Assembly (NCBI GenBank): GCA_025963775.1
Contig: JAOQAD010000041.1
Coordinates: 64,751 to 128,750, forward strand
DNA length: 64,000 bases
DNA from: Bacteroidota bacterium
GTDB lineage: Bacteria; Bacteroidota; Bacteroidia; 2-12-FULL-35-15
Reading direction: 5' to 3'
Shown: positions 18,479 to 27,914 of the stretch, one piece after another
Layout: each line of letters starts with the position of its first letter
Position numbering within the stretch: position 1 is the first letter of the stretch
The notes under the pieces: model-generated
Database searches by the model: none
The model's input: the letters and a program-made list of their open reading frames with translations, nothing else
Told to the model about the DNA's origin: nothing
Made by a program: the position numbers and the translations under genes

Positions 18479-19768
18479 TTGAAGAGCGTTTTATTTATGA
18501 ACATACAGGAGAGAGATAAGAATGCAGTGTGGCATCCCTTCACACAATTGAAAACTGCGCCATTGCCAATTGCGATCGTGAAAGGTGAAGGCGCTTATTT
18601 TTACGATGACAAAGGCAAGCGCTACATCGATGGCATAGCCAGCTGGTGGGTGAATATTCACGGGCATAGCCATCCTTATTTAGCTGAAAAAATTTCAGAG
18701 CAATTGCATACGCTGGAGCATGCGATCTTCTCAGGATTTACACATGAGCCGGCAGTTCAGCTGGCGGAGCGGCTGTTGAAGCGGCTGCCGGAAAATCAGT
18801 CGAAGATATTTTATTCCGATAACGGCTCAACGGCAGTGGAAGTAAGCCTGAAGATGGCTTTCCAGTACTGGAGCAACCGCGATATTCCGCGGACGAAAGT
18901 GATCGCTTTTGAAAATGCCTATCACGGTGATACCTTCGGTGGAATGAGTGTTGGCGCACGCAATGCATTCAATCTTCCTTTTTCCAAATTATTGTTTGAT
19001 GTGATCGCGATCCCGGTTCCTGTGAAAGGAAAAGAAGAGGAAGCAATACAGGCGATGAAAGATGCGCTGGAGCATCACGATGTTTCCTCCTTTATTTTTG
19101 AGCCGCTGGTGCAGGGTGCAGGTGGAATGGTGATGTATTCCGCAGAGGCACTTGATACGCTCATTCAACTTTGCCGCGACGGACAGGTGATCACGATCGC
19201 AGATGAAGTAATGACCGGTTTCGGGCGGACAGGAAAATTCTTTGCAAGCGATCATTTACAGAACAAGCCGGATATCATTTGTTTGAGCAAGGGAATTACC
19301 GGCGGTGTAATGCCGCTGGGAGCCACCAGCTGCGCACAATTTATTTATGATGCTTTCCTGGACGATGATAAAATGAAAACCTTTTTTCACGGGCATTCCT
19401 ATACAGCCAATGCAACCGCCTGTTCGGCCGCACTGGCCAGCATGGACCTGTTCGACCTGCCGGAAGCATTTGGGAACATCGAACGGATAAAAGCAAAGCA
19501 TGAAGAGTTCCTGGCTAAAATAAGGTCACATTCAAACCTGGCAGATGCAAGGCAGTTGGGAACTATTCTCGCATTCGAGATCAGGACGGGGGAGCAAACG
19601 CATTACCTGAATTCGCTTGCGGAGCACATCTCGGAATTTTTTATTGAAAGAGGCATCATCCTTCGCCCGCTGGGAAATATTGTGTATGTATTGCCGCCGT
19701 ATTGCATCAGTGATGAGGATTTGGATTATATTTATGGAGCAGTGGAGGAGTTTTTAAATAGCTTGTAG
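18479..19768 (+). CDS. bioA: Adenosylmethionine-8-amino-7-oxononanoate aminotransferase
   Basis: Class-III aminotransferase and BioA-like sequence ('WWVNIHGHSHPYL', 'DEVMTGFGRTG'). The start could instead be the ATG at 18497. Confidence 0.88.
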   Translation: MKSVLFMNIQERDKNAVWHPFTQLKTAPLPIAIVKGEGAYFYDDKGKRYIDGIASWWVNIHGHSHPYLAEKISEQLHTLEHAIFSGFTHEPAVQLAERLLKRLPENQSKIFYSDNGSTAVEVSLKMAFQYWSNRDIPRTKVIAFENAYHGDTFGGMSVGARNAFNLPFSKLLFDVIAIPVPVKGKEEEAIQAMKDALEHHDVSSFIFEPLVQGAGGMVMYSAEALDTLIQLCRDGQVITIADEVMTGFGRTGKFFASDHLQNKPDIICLSKGITGGVMPLGATSCAQFIYDAFLDDDKMKTFFHGHSYTANATACSAALASMDLFDLPEAFGNIERIKAKHEEFLAKIRSHSNLADARQLGTILAFEIRTGEQTHYLNSLAEHISEFFIERGIILRPLGNIVYVLPPYCISDEDLDYIYGAVEEFLNSL

Positions 19769-19799
19769 TGGTTGTTTGTAGTTCGGTGATGGTAACTGT

Positions 19800-19906
19800 T
19801 AATGGCGTCAGTTCGAGTAGCGAGGCACGGGCATATCGGGAACAAGGCTTACGCACGTTTCCCGATACTCTCCCTTCGGTCGAACTCGAAATGACCGGCA
19901 CACCGA
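19800..19906. repeat. Composite intergenic repeat (GTCAG...CGAG hairpin module plus 'gattggtaattcgtaaattcgtaa' module)
   Basis: Shares the 'gattggtaattcgtaaa(t)ttcgtaa' module with 49436-49462, and 'gttcgag...cgag' modules with 49237-49270. Confidence 0.6.
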
Positions 19907-20671
19907 TTGGTAATTCGTAAATTCGTAAAAATCCGTTATCAGTACATGTTTAAATCAAAAAGAGAACTCGTTTTTATTGTCCTCGCCGGGCTGTTCATTA
20001 CCAACGCGGTAGTGGCTGAATTGATCGGCAGCAAGCTGATCCAGATCGGGCCTGTCTTCGGGATGGGGCCATTCATCATGAGCATCGGGATCATTCCATG
20101 GCCGGTTGTGTTTTTAACCACCGACCTTATCAATGAATATTACGGAAGAAGCGGTGTGCGTAAATTATCGCTGATCACGGCATCGCTCATTGCCTATGCA
20201 TTCATTGTTTTGTTGTTTGCGATCAATGTGCCTGCAGCTGTGGGGATTTCAACGGTTACGGATGATCAGTTCTTTGCCGTGTTCGGGCAAAGCCTCTGGA
20301 TCATTGTGGCAAGTATTATCGCTTTCCTGATCTCCCAGCTGGTGGATGTTTATATTTTCTGGCTGCTGCGCGATAAAACAGGAGGGAAGATGATCTGGCT
20401 CCGGAGCACCGGCTCCACTATTATTTCACAGCTCATTGATACATTCGTGGTGCTCGGGATCGCTTTCTGGCTGCCTGGGAAAATGACCACGGCGGTTTTC
20501 TTAAACGCTGCGCTCACCGGCTATACATTCAAGCTGATCATTGCCGTGGTATTAACGCCGATGATCTACGTGGGCCACCGCGCCATTGAAAAATACCTTG
20601 GTGACGAAGCCTCGCACGAGGTTATTAAGAAAGTGGCTGAAGAGTCACTGCATCACAAAGTCGAGGAATAA
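19907..20671 (+). CDS. VUT-family (YhhQ/DUF165, Vut_1) membrane transporter, annotated by family as a queuosine-precursor transporter
   Basis: 6-TM protein with 'FLTTDLINEYYG' and 'RSTGSTIISQLIDTFVV' family signatures. A likely real start is the ATG at 19946. Confidence 0.65.
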   Translation: MVIRKFVKIRYQYMFKSKRELVFIVLAGLFITNAVVAELIGSKLIQIGPVFGMGPFIMSIGIIPWPVVFLTTDLINEYYGRSGVRKLSLITASLIAYAFIVLLFAINVPAAVGISTVTDDQFFAVFGQSLWIIVASIIAFLISQLVDVYIFWLLRDKTGGKMIWLRSTGSTIISQLIDTFVVLGIAFWLPGKMTTAVFLNAALTGYTFKLIIAVVLTPMIYVGHRAIEKYLGDEASHEVIKKVAEESLHHKVEE

Positions 20672-20672
20672 C

Positions 20673-21278
20673 TCAATCCTTTTTTAAATTACTGTTCAAT
20701 CCTTCCAGTGCAGCGATCTGCTCATTGATCTCTTTTTCCTGTTTGCGGATCGTGCGCTTGCGCAGGTAAAACCAGTTGAATGCGATCCATCCCAGCGTAA
20801 GGCTATACGCAATGATCCCGAAAGCAAGGTCGCGTGAAGCAAACTCGTACATGTACAAAATGATCCCGGTTGACAGTAGCAGGAAGTAAAGTGCCATGCC
20901 TTTGGTTTGCATGAAGCGCATGCTGTTCCGGAAGCTGATCATCTGCTGCAGGTAATCGCTGTTGCTCAGTGTCGGGTCGTTCGGCTTCAGCAATACCTTC
21001 GCCAGCTTTGTGCTGAAAAGGATGCCGCTTACGATCGCTACCAACGTTATAATAATACCAATGCGCGTGCTGATCAGTTCAAAATCGTAATGGAAGCCGA
21101 CCCAGGCAATGAAGGCGAATGTAAGCGCCAGCGTGGTGATCAGGAAGATGTTCTTACGGATCATTTTCTTTCTTACCGCTTCCACCTTAGCAAGCACTTC
21201 CTTTGCATCCGGAAGGTCGTTCCCGCTTCCGGCCTGCTGCCACATGTTTTTAAGTCCATCAAAGTTTTGCATGCTCAT
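20673..21278 (-). CDS. Membrane protein co-transcribed with an ECF sigma factor (putative anti-sigma / partner protein)
   Basis: 4-TM, 201 aa product. It overlaps the sigma gene by 20 nt on the same strand. Confidence 0.45.
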   Translation of the reverse strand: MSMQNFDGLKNMWQQAGSGNDLPDAKEVLAKVEAVRKKMIRKNIFLITTLALTFAFIAWVGFHYDFELISTRIGIIITLVAIVSGILFSTKLAKVLLKPNDPTLSNSDYLQQMISFRNSMRFMQTKGMALYFLLLSTGIILYMYEFASRDLAFGIIAYSLTLGWIAFNWFYLRKRTIRKQEKEINEQIAALEGLNSNLKKD

Positions 21279-21732
21279 TGAATTTTTGTGTTAATGTTTG
21301 CTTGATCCGGTGGATCTTCACGCGGAGGTTTCCTTCCGAGATTCCGGTGATGCCCGCGATCTCCTTTTGCGGCAGGTCTTCCAGCACCAGGGAAATGATC
21401 AGCCTGTCGGTTTCCTCCAGCATGCCGATGCATTTGTACAGCAGCTCCATCTGTTCATCCTTGTGGTCATCATTTTTATCCTCCACCTGGAAGGGCACTT
21501 CAGCTTTTGGCATTCGCGAAGAGCGGTCAATCTGGCGAAGGCAGATGTTGGAGGCGATCCGGAAGATCCAGGTTCCCAGGGAAGATTCATTCCTGAACTT
21601 CGGAAGGTGCTGCCATACCTGGATGAAGGTTTCCTGCGTGAGGTCCTTTGCCCAGTCGCGGTCGTTCACATAGCCGAGGCAGAGGCGGAAAACCTTTGGA
21701 CTGTAAGCGGTGTATAGTTCTTCGAATTCCAT
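21259..21732 (-). CDS. ECF-subfamily RNA polymerase sigma-70 factor
   Basis: Sigma70 region 2 ('FIQVWQHLPKFR') and region 4 ('DLPQKEIAGITGISEGNLRVKIHRIKQ'). Confidence 0.85.
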   Translation of the reverse strand: MEFEELYTAYSPKVFRLCLGYVNDRDWAKDLTQETFIQVWQHLPKFRNESSLGTWIFRIASNICLRQIDRSSRMPKAEVPFQVEDKNDDHKDEQMELLYKCIGMLEETDRLIISLVLEDLPQKEIAGITGISEGNLRVKIHRIKQTLTQKFNEHAKL

Positions 21733-21734
21733 TG

Positions 21735-22571
21735 TTAGTGCAGGAAAGAATCAAGCTGTGCAAGATACCAATTTGTATCATCGTACATGATAAAATGCAG
21801 GGCCTTGTCAGAATACTTCAGCTGCGCGGTCTTCATGTTTTTGAACTGCTCTTCCATCACAGGCTTCATGTTTGCAAAAGGCGCTTCCAGCAATACCAGC
21901 GAAGGACATTTGATGTTCGAAATACTTTTCCGCTGGTCGGTGTTCAGGAACTGGCAATAGATCTCGGCAATGGCTTTGCGATCCGATTTCACGGACCATT
22001 CAATGGCCTGCTGAAGGTGCGTGGTATCTGCCATCAGCGAAGGCATCGTCATTTTCTGCATCTGGTAATACTGCTTGTCGTCCATCGACTGGAACTGTTT
22101 TACATACATGGAGCAATCCGGGCTTTTCTCCGCTGCGAAGGACGCATTTGACAAAGCGCCCAGGCAGGGCAACGCATCCACCACAACGATCTTCCCGATC
22201 AGCTGCGGGTAATCGGCAGCAAGCAGCATGGCCATTCCGCCGCCTATGCTGTGGCCGATGATCACCGGTTTTTGAATTTTATTTTCGGTAATGTAGCGGG
22301 CAATGGAAGATTCCCAGTTCTTAAAGTTTGTTGTGCTGTCAGCTTTTATTCCTGCAAAACCATGGAAGGTAAGGGTGTAACATTTGTACTCTTTTTTGAA
22401 ATGTTCCAGTGTTTCGTTCCACACTTCTCCCGGGCAGGAAAGCCCCGGGATCAGGATCATGTTTGATTTGCCTTCACCGCTGACCTTCACATCGAAGGGA
22501 AATGATGATTGGCTGAATACATTGATAAATGCGCATACAGCGAGGATGATGATGAGAATAAACTTTTTCAT
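21735..22571 (-). CDS. Secreted alpha/beta hydrolase
   Basis: Signal peptide and nucleophile elbow 'GHSIGG'. Confidence 0.7.
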   Translation of the reverse strand: MKKFILIIILAVCAFINVFSQSSFPFDVKVSGEGKSNMILIPGLSCPGEVWNETLEHFKKEYKCYTLTFHGFAGIKADSTTNFKNWESSIARYITENKIQKPVIIGHSIGGGMAMLLAADYPQLIGKIVVVDALPCLGALSNASFAAEKSPDCSMYVKQFQSMDDKQYYQMQKMTMPSLMADTTHLQQAIEWSVKSDRKAIAEIYCQFLNTDQRKSISNIKCPSLVLLEAPFANMKPVMEEQFKNMKTAQLKYSDKALHFIMYDDTNWYLAQLDSFLH

Positions 22572-22644
22572 GATTTTTGGTTTGTTTATTCTTTTGATAC
22601 AGGAAGGAAGGGAATGTTACAGAATCCTGGAAATTTTTTTTCCT

Positions 22645-22684
22645 GTCATTCTGAACGCAGCGTAGCGGGAGTGAAGAATCTTCT
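22645..22684. repeat. Hairpin repeat 'gtcattctgaacgcagcgtagcgggagtgaagaatcttc' (copy a)
   Basis: Near-identical copy at 22805-22843. The 'gtcattct...agaatc' arms are an inverted repeat. Confidence 0.75.
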
Positions 22685-22804
22685 ATCGGTGTCCGATTAT
22701 TTCAACACAGAGAAACAGAGGCAGCGGAGTTTCACAGAGGAGCTGCAAAATTTATGAAGACCCATTCGCTTCGCTCAGGGTGACATCAAGGTTTTTAGGA
22801 TACT

Positions 22805-22843
22805 TGTCATTCTGAACGCAGCTTAGCGGAGTGAAGAATCTTC
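22805..22843. repeat. Hairpin repeat (copy b)
   Basis: 'gtcattctgaacgcagcttagcggagtgaagaatcttc'. Confidence 0.75.
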
Positions 22844-22845
22844 TT

Positions 22846-23526
22846 TTAAAAAAAACGGATAATCTCCTCCGCCAGTCTTCCCGGGTTTACTTTCTCGATC
22901 GGGTGCTGTATTTCTGGCAGTACAAGCAGGCTTGCCGTTTTCAGCCAGCGGTACACATCAATCGTTTCTTCAAGCGTCACCATCGTATCCTTGTCGCCGA
23001 TGCCAACAAGAACAGGATGTTCAATGCTGCTGTAATCGGCTGATTGAAGCACATTGTTATTGCCAAGTCCTTCCATCATCTCAGCAGTTTTTTTCAAAAT
23101 CGCCTTCCAGTCGTTTGGTGCATGTCGCTTTTCCAAAGCCTCTGCAAATGCGGGGATCTTCTCCGCGATCTTCCCGGCATCCAGCATTTTTATTTCCTTC
23201 GCAGCAATTTCCGGCGACCATAAGAACTTGGTGCCAAGGGTGAAGATCTTCTCAGTTTTTTCAGGGTGATGCTTTGCCAGGTACAGCGCAACATATCCGC
23301 CCATGCTGTATCCGAAGATGTTTACCTGCTGAATGCTGTTTGCCTCTATATATGCCAGTACGTCTTCCGCGAATGCTTCCATTGAAAATTCTGCCGGCAG
23401 TGTTGCACCGCCATGCCCGCTGAAATTCAGTGTGTGGACAATGAACTTGTCTTTCAGCTGCTCTGCCAGTGGCTGCAGTTGATCTTTTGCGCCGATCGCG
23501 CCATGAAGCAATAGTAAGTGTTTCAT
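22846..23526 (-). CDS. Alpha/beta hydrolase
   Basis: 'GYSMGG' nucleophile elbow. The start is taken at the internal ATG ('MKHLLLLHGAIG...'); the ORF-track extension is Pro/Gly-rich and overlaps the repeat region. Confidence 0.7.
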   Translation of the reverse strand: MKHLLLLHGAIGAKDQLQPLAEQLKDKFIVHTLNFSGHGGATLPAEFSMEAFAEDVLAYIEANSIQQVNIFGYSMGGYVALYLAKHHPEKTEKIFTLGTKFLWSPEIAAKEIKMLDAGKIAEKIPAFAEALEKRHAPNDWKAILKKTAEMMEGLGNNNVLQSADYSSIEHPVLVGIGDKDTMVTLEETIDVYRWLKTASLLVLPEIQHPIEKVNPGRLAEEIIRFF

Positions 23527-23564
23527 TATGTTACCAAAATGTTCTTGCCTTGCACAATGCATTC

Positions 23565-23660
23565 CCCTCCTTCCAGGAGGGGGCAGGGGTGGTGGCTGTT
23601 TCTGTACCACCCCAACCCTCCTATAAGGAGGGAGCAGGCGCTGCAAGTATGAAGCGACGA
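23565..23660. repeat. GC-rich palindromic repeat ('cccctccttccaggagggggcagggg...cctcctataaggaggg')
   Basis: Related to 47991-48100 ('cccctcctacgaggagggg...ccctccttccagggccggggtgg'). Confidence 0.6.
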
Positions 23661-23671
23661 AGTACTATAAA

Positions 23672-25414
23672 TCACCTTTTAAAACTAAACATCAGCACTG
23701 CCGCATTCCCTTTATCATCCGTTACTTCAATCTCAAACGTGTGCACCCTTCTTTCCACCGAATCATCAAAGGTGTAGAACAGCAGGTCCTTTTTGAATTC
23801 ATATTCGCAAAGCACCCAGTTGCCATCGATCTTCGCCCTGTACTTTTTGATGCCGCTGAGATTATCGCTTACAATAATGCCGATCGTTTTTGCTGTACTG
23901 AGGTCAACAGTCGTTTTCGGAAGGTATTTAAAAGCGGTGCGGATGCGTGGCGGAACGGTATCTACAGCAACTGTGAAATTCCCGAAGGATTTTGTCTGCG
24001 TGCTTACCCAGCCATCTTTGTAACTGCCGCCTTCATATGTTTTACCGCCTTTCTCATTTACAGAAACGATACAAGCTTTCGGCTGCAGCGAATCGGGAAG
24101 GTGATTCGGACGGATGCTCAGTGTATATGCTTTCTGCAAGGCCGTTTCTGCATTCTGAATGCGGTGAAGCGGGGAAAAGCTCCCTTTTACGGAAGAGGGC
24201 CTGGAGTAACTGAATTGCTGAATGTCGTCATACAAAGCATTTGCGGGAATGCTCACCTGGACATCCTCCTTCGAAAATTTATTCTCTTTTGTACAGTCGA
24301 AGTACAAAGCCGGATTTAAAATGGTCACAGTTTCCTGTTCTTTTGTTGCTGTGGCTTTCGACCTGCTTTTTACTTTCAGCATCAGCTCGCTTGTGTTGCC
24401 TGCATAATCCTTTACAATGTAGCGGATCCAGTGAACTGAATCATCAGTAAAGCTGAGCAGGCCATTGTTCTGTACATCCTTATAAATGCCAAGCAGGTTG
24501 TTCTTCGACAAAAAGCATTTCTGGATCTTCTCATTGTGCTTTTGCTTTTCAGCATAATCGATGTGGGCATTTACATAGCGTGCATTCTCGAAGCTGAACT
24601 TTTCCATCTCATGGTAATAAACGCGCTTTCCGCCCGATTGCAGCTCGATGGAGTAAACGCCGTTCTGTCCCGTAGAGCGGTTTTCCGTGTCATATGTATC
24701 TATTCCAAAGCCGATCGTGCCGTTTACCGTGACCGTATCCAATTTGTTGAGAAGGGAATGTTTGCCTTTCTGGTAAGTGACCTTTATTTTTTTGGGGATG
24801 TGCCTGCTGTTTACTGAACCTTCACCGATCGGGTAAATAACGATGGTGGTGATCCTTGGCGGCACATTGTCGGGAACCTTGTAACCGAACAGGTAAGGAT
24901 TCAGGGGCATTTCGGTGGCGGTTTCCCGGATCTCGAAATGCAGGTGCGGGCCCTGCGATCCGCCGGTATTGCCCGACAGGCCGATCAGCTGGCCTTTTTT
25001 CACCGGGATCAGCTCCGGGTCCATCAGCGTATCGATCTCGTAGGATTCCTTGAAATACTGTGTTTTCCGGCTGAAATCCGCGATGCCTGTACCGAAGCTC
25101 TTCAGGTGACCGTAAACACTGGTGTATCCGTTCGGGTGCCTGATGTAAAGCGCTTTGCCATAACCGTAAGGAGAAATTTTGATGCGGGAAATATAGCCAT
25201 CCGCCACAGCGTAAACAGGCATGCCTTCTTTTCCATTGGTCTTTATATCGAAGCCTGCATGGAAGTGGTTGGGGCGGATCTCCCCGAAATTACCCGCCAG
25301 TGCAATGGCTGTATCCACCGGCGAACGGAAATAACCTGCCGGGTAGGTATTTTGTGCAAAACCGGCCCCGGAAACAAGCAAAAGAAGAAGGGACAGGAGC
25401 GGTTTTTTGTGCAT
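23672..25414 (-). CDS. Secreted M23-family metallopeptidase (580 aa, catalytic domain N-terminal)
   Basis: Signal peptide. M23 motifs 'HFHAGFD' (HxxxD) and 'GNTGGSQGPHLHFE' (HxH). Confidence 0.85.
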   Translation of the reverse strand: MHKKPLLSLLLLLVSGAGFAQNTYPAGYFRSPVDTAIALAGNFGEIRPNHFHAGFDIKTNGKEGMPVYAVADGYISRIKISPYGYGKALYIRHPNGYTSVYGHLKSFGTGIADFSRKTQYFKESYEIDTLMDPELIPVKKGQLIGLSGNTGGSQGPHLHFEIRETATEMPLNPYLFGYKVPDNVPPRITTIVIYPIGEGSVNSRHIPKKIKVTYQKGKHSLLNKLDTVTVNGTIGFGIDTYDTENRSTGQNGVYSIELQSGGKRVYYHEMEKFSFENARYVNAHIDYAEKQKHNEKIQKCFLSKNNLLGIYKDVQNNGLLSFTDDSVHWIRYIVKDYAGNTSELMLKVKSRSKATATKEQETVTILNPALYFDCTKENKFSKEDVQVSIPANALYDDIQQFSYSRPSSVKGSFSPLHRIQNAETALQKAYTLSIRPNHLPDSLQPKACIVSVNEKGGKTYEGGSYKDGWVSTQTKSFGNFTVAVDTVPPRIRTAFKYLPKTTVDLSTAKTIGIIVSDNLSGIKKYRAKIDGNWVLCEYEFKKDLLFYTFDDSVERRVHTFEIEVTDDKGNAAVLMFSFKR

Positions 25415-25489
25415 GGGCGCAAAGATAGGGGAATTTGAAAAATAGCCCCCGAAATCAGAATTATAGTATCAAATTTAGGAATTATTACA

Positions 25490-25497
25490 TATATTTG
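25490..25497 (+). promoter_or_regulatory. Candidate -7 box 'tatatttg' for the coiled-coil/zapA/rny cluster
   Basis: TAnnTTTG match 35 nt upstream of the ATG at 25533. Confidence 0.3.
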
Positions 25498-25532
25498 TGG
25501 CAAATCAGGTAACCAGACATTAATAATTGATT

Positions 25533-25817
25533 ATGAACGAATTAACTCCGACAATCACCGATCTGAAAGGAAAGATCGAAAAACTGGTAAAGCTTCATCA
25601 GCAGTTGAAACAGGAGAATGATTCACTGAATGCAGAAAAGCTGGGCCTGCAGAAAACCGTGGAGGAGCAGAAGTCCACGATCGAGGCTTTGCAGAAGGGC
25701 CAGCAGGAGCTTGAGCAAAAAAAGTCAGAAGAACAGAACACTATAATTACAGATACGAAACTTAAAATTAATGAGCTTGTGCAGGAAATAGATGATTGCA
25801 TCGCTCTTTTGAAGTAA
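25533..25817 (+). CDS. Small coiled-coil protein
   Basis: 94 aa, heptad-rich ('LKQENDSLNAEKLGLQKTVEEQKSTIEALQK'). It is the first gene of a same-strand cluster with a ZapA-like gene and rny. The ORF track starts at a TTG at 25527. Confidence 0.55.
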   Translation: MNELTPTITDLKGKIEKLVKLHQQLKQENDSLNAEKLGLQKTVEEQKSTIEALQKGQQELEQKKSEEQNTIITDTKLKINELVQEIDDCIALLK

Positions 25818-25893
25818 AAAAGAAACGTTTCAGGTGAAAGGTTCCGGGATCAAATCCTCGCAAACATTACCCTGGAACCTGGAACCATAGATA

Positions 25894-26184
25894 ATGGCTG
25901 AAGTATCGTTAAAGATTTTGATCGCGGGTCGCACCTATCCACTTACTGTAAAACAGGAAGATGAACAGGCTGTGCTTACCGCTGCCAGGATGATCAACGA
26001 GAAGGTGAAGGAATTTGAGGTCAACTATTCAGTGCGTGATAAGCAGGACCTGCTTGCCATGAGCGCACTGAACCTGCTGGCTACTCAACAGAACACACCT
26101 AAGAAAACGCCGGAGCAGGATGAGCTCAACCAGCTTGACCTGTTTGTTTCAAAATACCTTCAAAAAGAGGACGATTCCATCTGA
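25894..26184 (+). CDS. zapA: Cell division protein ZapA-like
   Basis: 96 aa; 'VSLKILIAGRTYPLTVKQEDEQAVLTAARMINEKV' is ZapA-like. Confidence 0.65.
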   Translation: MAEVSLKILIAGRTYPLTVKQEDEQAVLTAARMINEKVKEFEVNYSVRDKQDLLAMSALNLLATQQNTPKKTPEQDELNQLDLFVSKYLQKEDDSI

Positions 26185-26319
26185 GTTTACAGTTTTTTAA
26201 CAATCCATTGTAAACAACATTTTCCCGCAACAGTTCTGGCTTGATCCGCAAAAGGCTAATATTGGCTTTTGACGAACTTTGCGGGATTTTTTATGAACCG
26301 TTTAATTTTTTAACAATTT

Positions 26320-27867
26320 ATGGACACAAACATTATACTGATCATTGCAGCTACAATTGTAGGCTTAGGCCTCGGAGCAATGCTGGCATTTCTGCTGATA
26401 AAAAAAGCAAATGAAAAGAAAGCGGATAACATTATCAGGGAAGCAGAAACAAAAGGAGAAGTGATCATCAAGGAAAAGAACCTGCTGGCAAAGGAAAAGT
26501 TCCTTCAATTGAAAGCAGAGCATGAGAAGCTGATCAACGAAAAGAACAATGCTGTACAAGCTGCCGAGAACAAGATCAAGCAGAAAGAGCAAACCCTGTC
26601 GCAAAAGCAGGAACAGGTACAACGCAAGGATGCCGAGCTGGATACATTACGCCAGAACCTCACGCACCAGCTGGAAGTGATCACTGCCAAGCAGCAGGAA
26701 GTGGAAAAATTCCACCGCCGCCAGGTGGAGCAGCTGGAAACATTAAGCGGGCTTTCTGCTGAAGATGCAAAGGCACAGCTTGTGGAAAGCCTGAAGGCAG
26801 AAGCAAAAACTGATGCAATGTCGCACATCAAGGACATTGTTGAAGAAGCAAAGATCAACGCGAACAAGGAAGCGAAGAAGATCGTGATCCAGACCATCCA
26901 GCGCGTTGCTACAGAACACGCCATTGAAAATTCAGTTTCTATTTTTAACATCGAGAACGATGAGATCAAAGGACGCATCATCGGACGTGAAGGACGTAAC
27001 ATCCGCGCGCTTGAAGCTGCCACCGGCATCGAGATCATCGTGGATGATACCCCGGAGGCGATCATTCTTTCCGGTTTCGATCCTGTAAGAAGGGAGATCG
27101 CACGCTTGTCGCTGCACCAACTGGTGACCGACGGACGCATCCACCCGGCACGTATTGAAGAAGTGGTGGAAAAAGTGAAGAAGCAGATCGAGGAGGAGAT
27201 CATCGAGATCGGGAAACGCACAACTATTGACCTTGGAATTCATGGCTTGCACCCCGAGCTGATCCGCATGGTCGGAAGGATGAAATACCGTTCCTCATAC
27301 GGACAGAATTTATTGCAGCACTCCCGCGAGGTGGCAAACCTTTGCGCGACCATGGCTGCGGAATTGGGACTGAATGTGAAGATGGCAAAACGTGCAGGAC
27401 TGCTTCATGATATCGGTAAAGTGCCGGATGACCAGCCGGAAGTGCCACACGCTATTTTAGGTATGCAGCTGGCAGAAAAATTCAAGGAAAAGCCGGAAGT
27501 GTGCAACGCCATCGGGGCTCACCACGATGAGATCGAAATGAACACACTGATCGCACCGATCGTACAGGTATGTGATGCCATCAGCGGCGCACGCCCGGGC
27601 GCAAGGCGCGAAGTGGTGGAGCAGTATATCAAACGTTTGAAAGACCTTGAAGCGCTTGCTTTATCATATCCCGGAGTGGAGAAAACATACGCGATCCAGG
27701 CAGGCCGTGAATTGCGCGTGATCGTATCCAGCGATAAAGTGACCGATAAGGATTCGGAAACATTGTCCTTCGATATTTCCCAGCGCATCCAGACAGAAAT
27801 GACGTATCCCGGACAGGTGAAAGTGACTGTGATCCGTGAAACAAGGGCGGTGAATTACGCTAAATAA
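26320..27867 (+). CDS. rny: Ribonuclease Y
   Basis: N-terminal TM anchor, long coiled coil, KH domain ('[19 protein letters not shown]') and HD domain ('[17 protein letters not shown]...LLHDIGK'). Confidence 0.93.
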   Translation: MDTNIILIIAATIVGLGLGAMLAFLLIKKANEKKADNIIREAETKGEVIIKEKNLLAKEKFLQLKAEHEKLINEKNNAVQAAENKIKQKEQTLSQKQEQVQRKDAELDTLRQNLTHQLEVITAKQQEVEKFHRRQVEQLETLSGLSAEDAKAQLVESLKAEAKTDAMSHIKDIVEEAKINANKEAKKIVIQTIQRVATEHAIENSVSIFNIENDEIKGRIIGREGRNIRALEAATGIEIIVDDTPEAIILSGFDPVRREIARLSLHQLVTDGRIHPARIEEVVEKVKKQIEEEIIEIGKRTTIDLGIHGLHPELIRMVGRMKYRSSYGQNLLQHSREVANLCATMAAELGLNVKMAKRAGLLHDIGKVPDDQPEVPHAILGMQLAEKFKEKPEVCNAIGAHHDEIEMNTLIAPIVQVCDAISGARPGARREVVEQYIKRLKDLEALALSYPGVEKTYAIQAGRELRVIVSSDKVTDKDSETLSFDISQRIQTEMTYPGQVKVTVIRETRAVNYAK

Positions 27868-27914
27868 GGCCCTCTGCATCCCGCTTCTATTAGCCTCTGT
27901 TCAATTAAACAGGA

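Noticed and set aside
26365-27879. Minus-strand ORFs of up to 238 aa antisense to rny
   Set aside because: They are antisense to RNase Y. The coiled-coil-encoding, purine-rich sense strand yields Ser/Phe/Cys-rich shadow ORFs.
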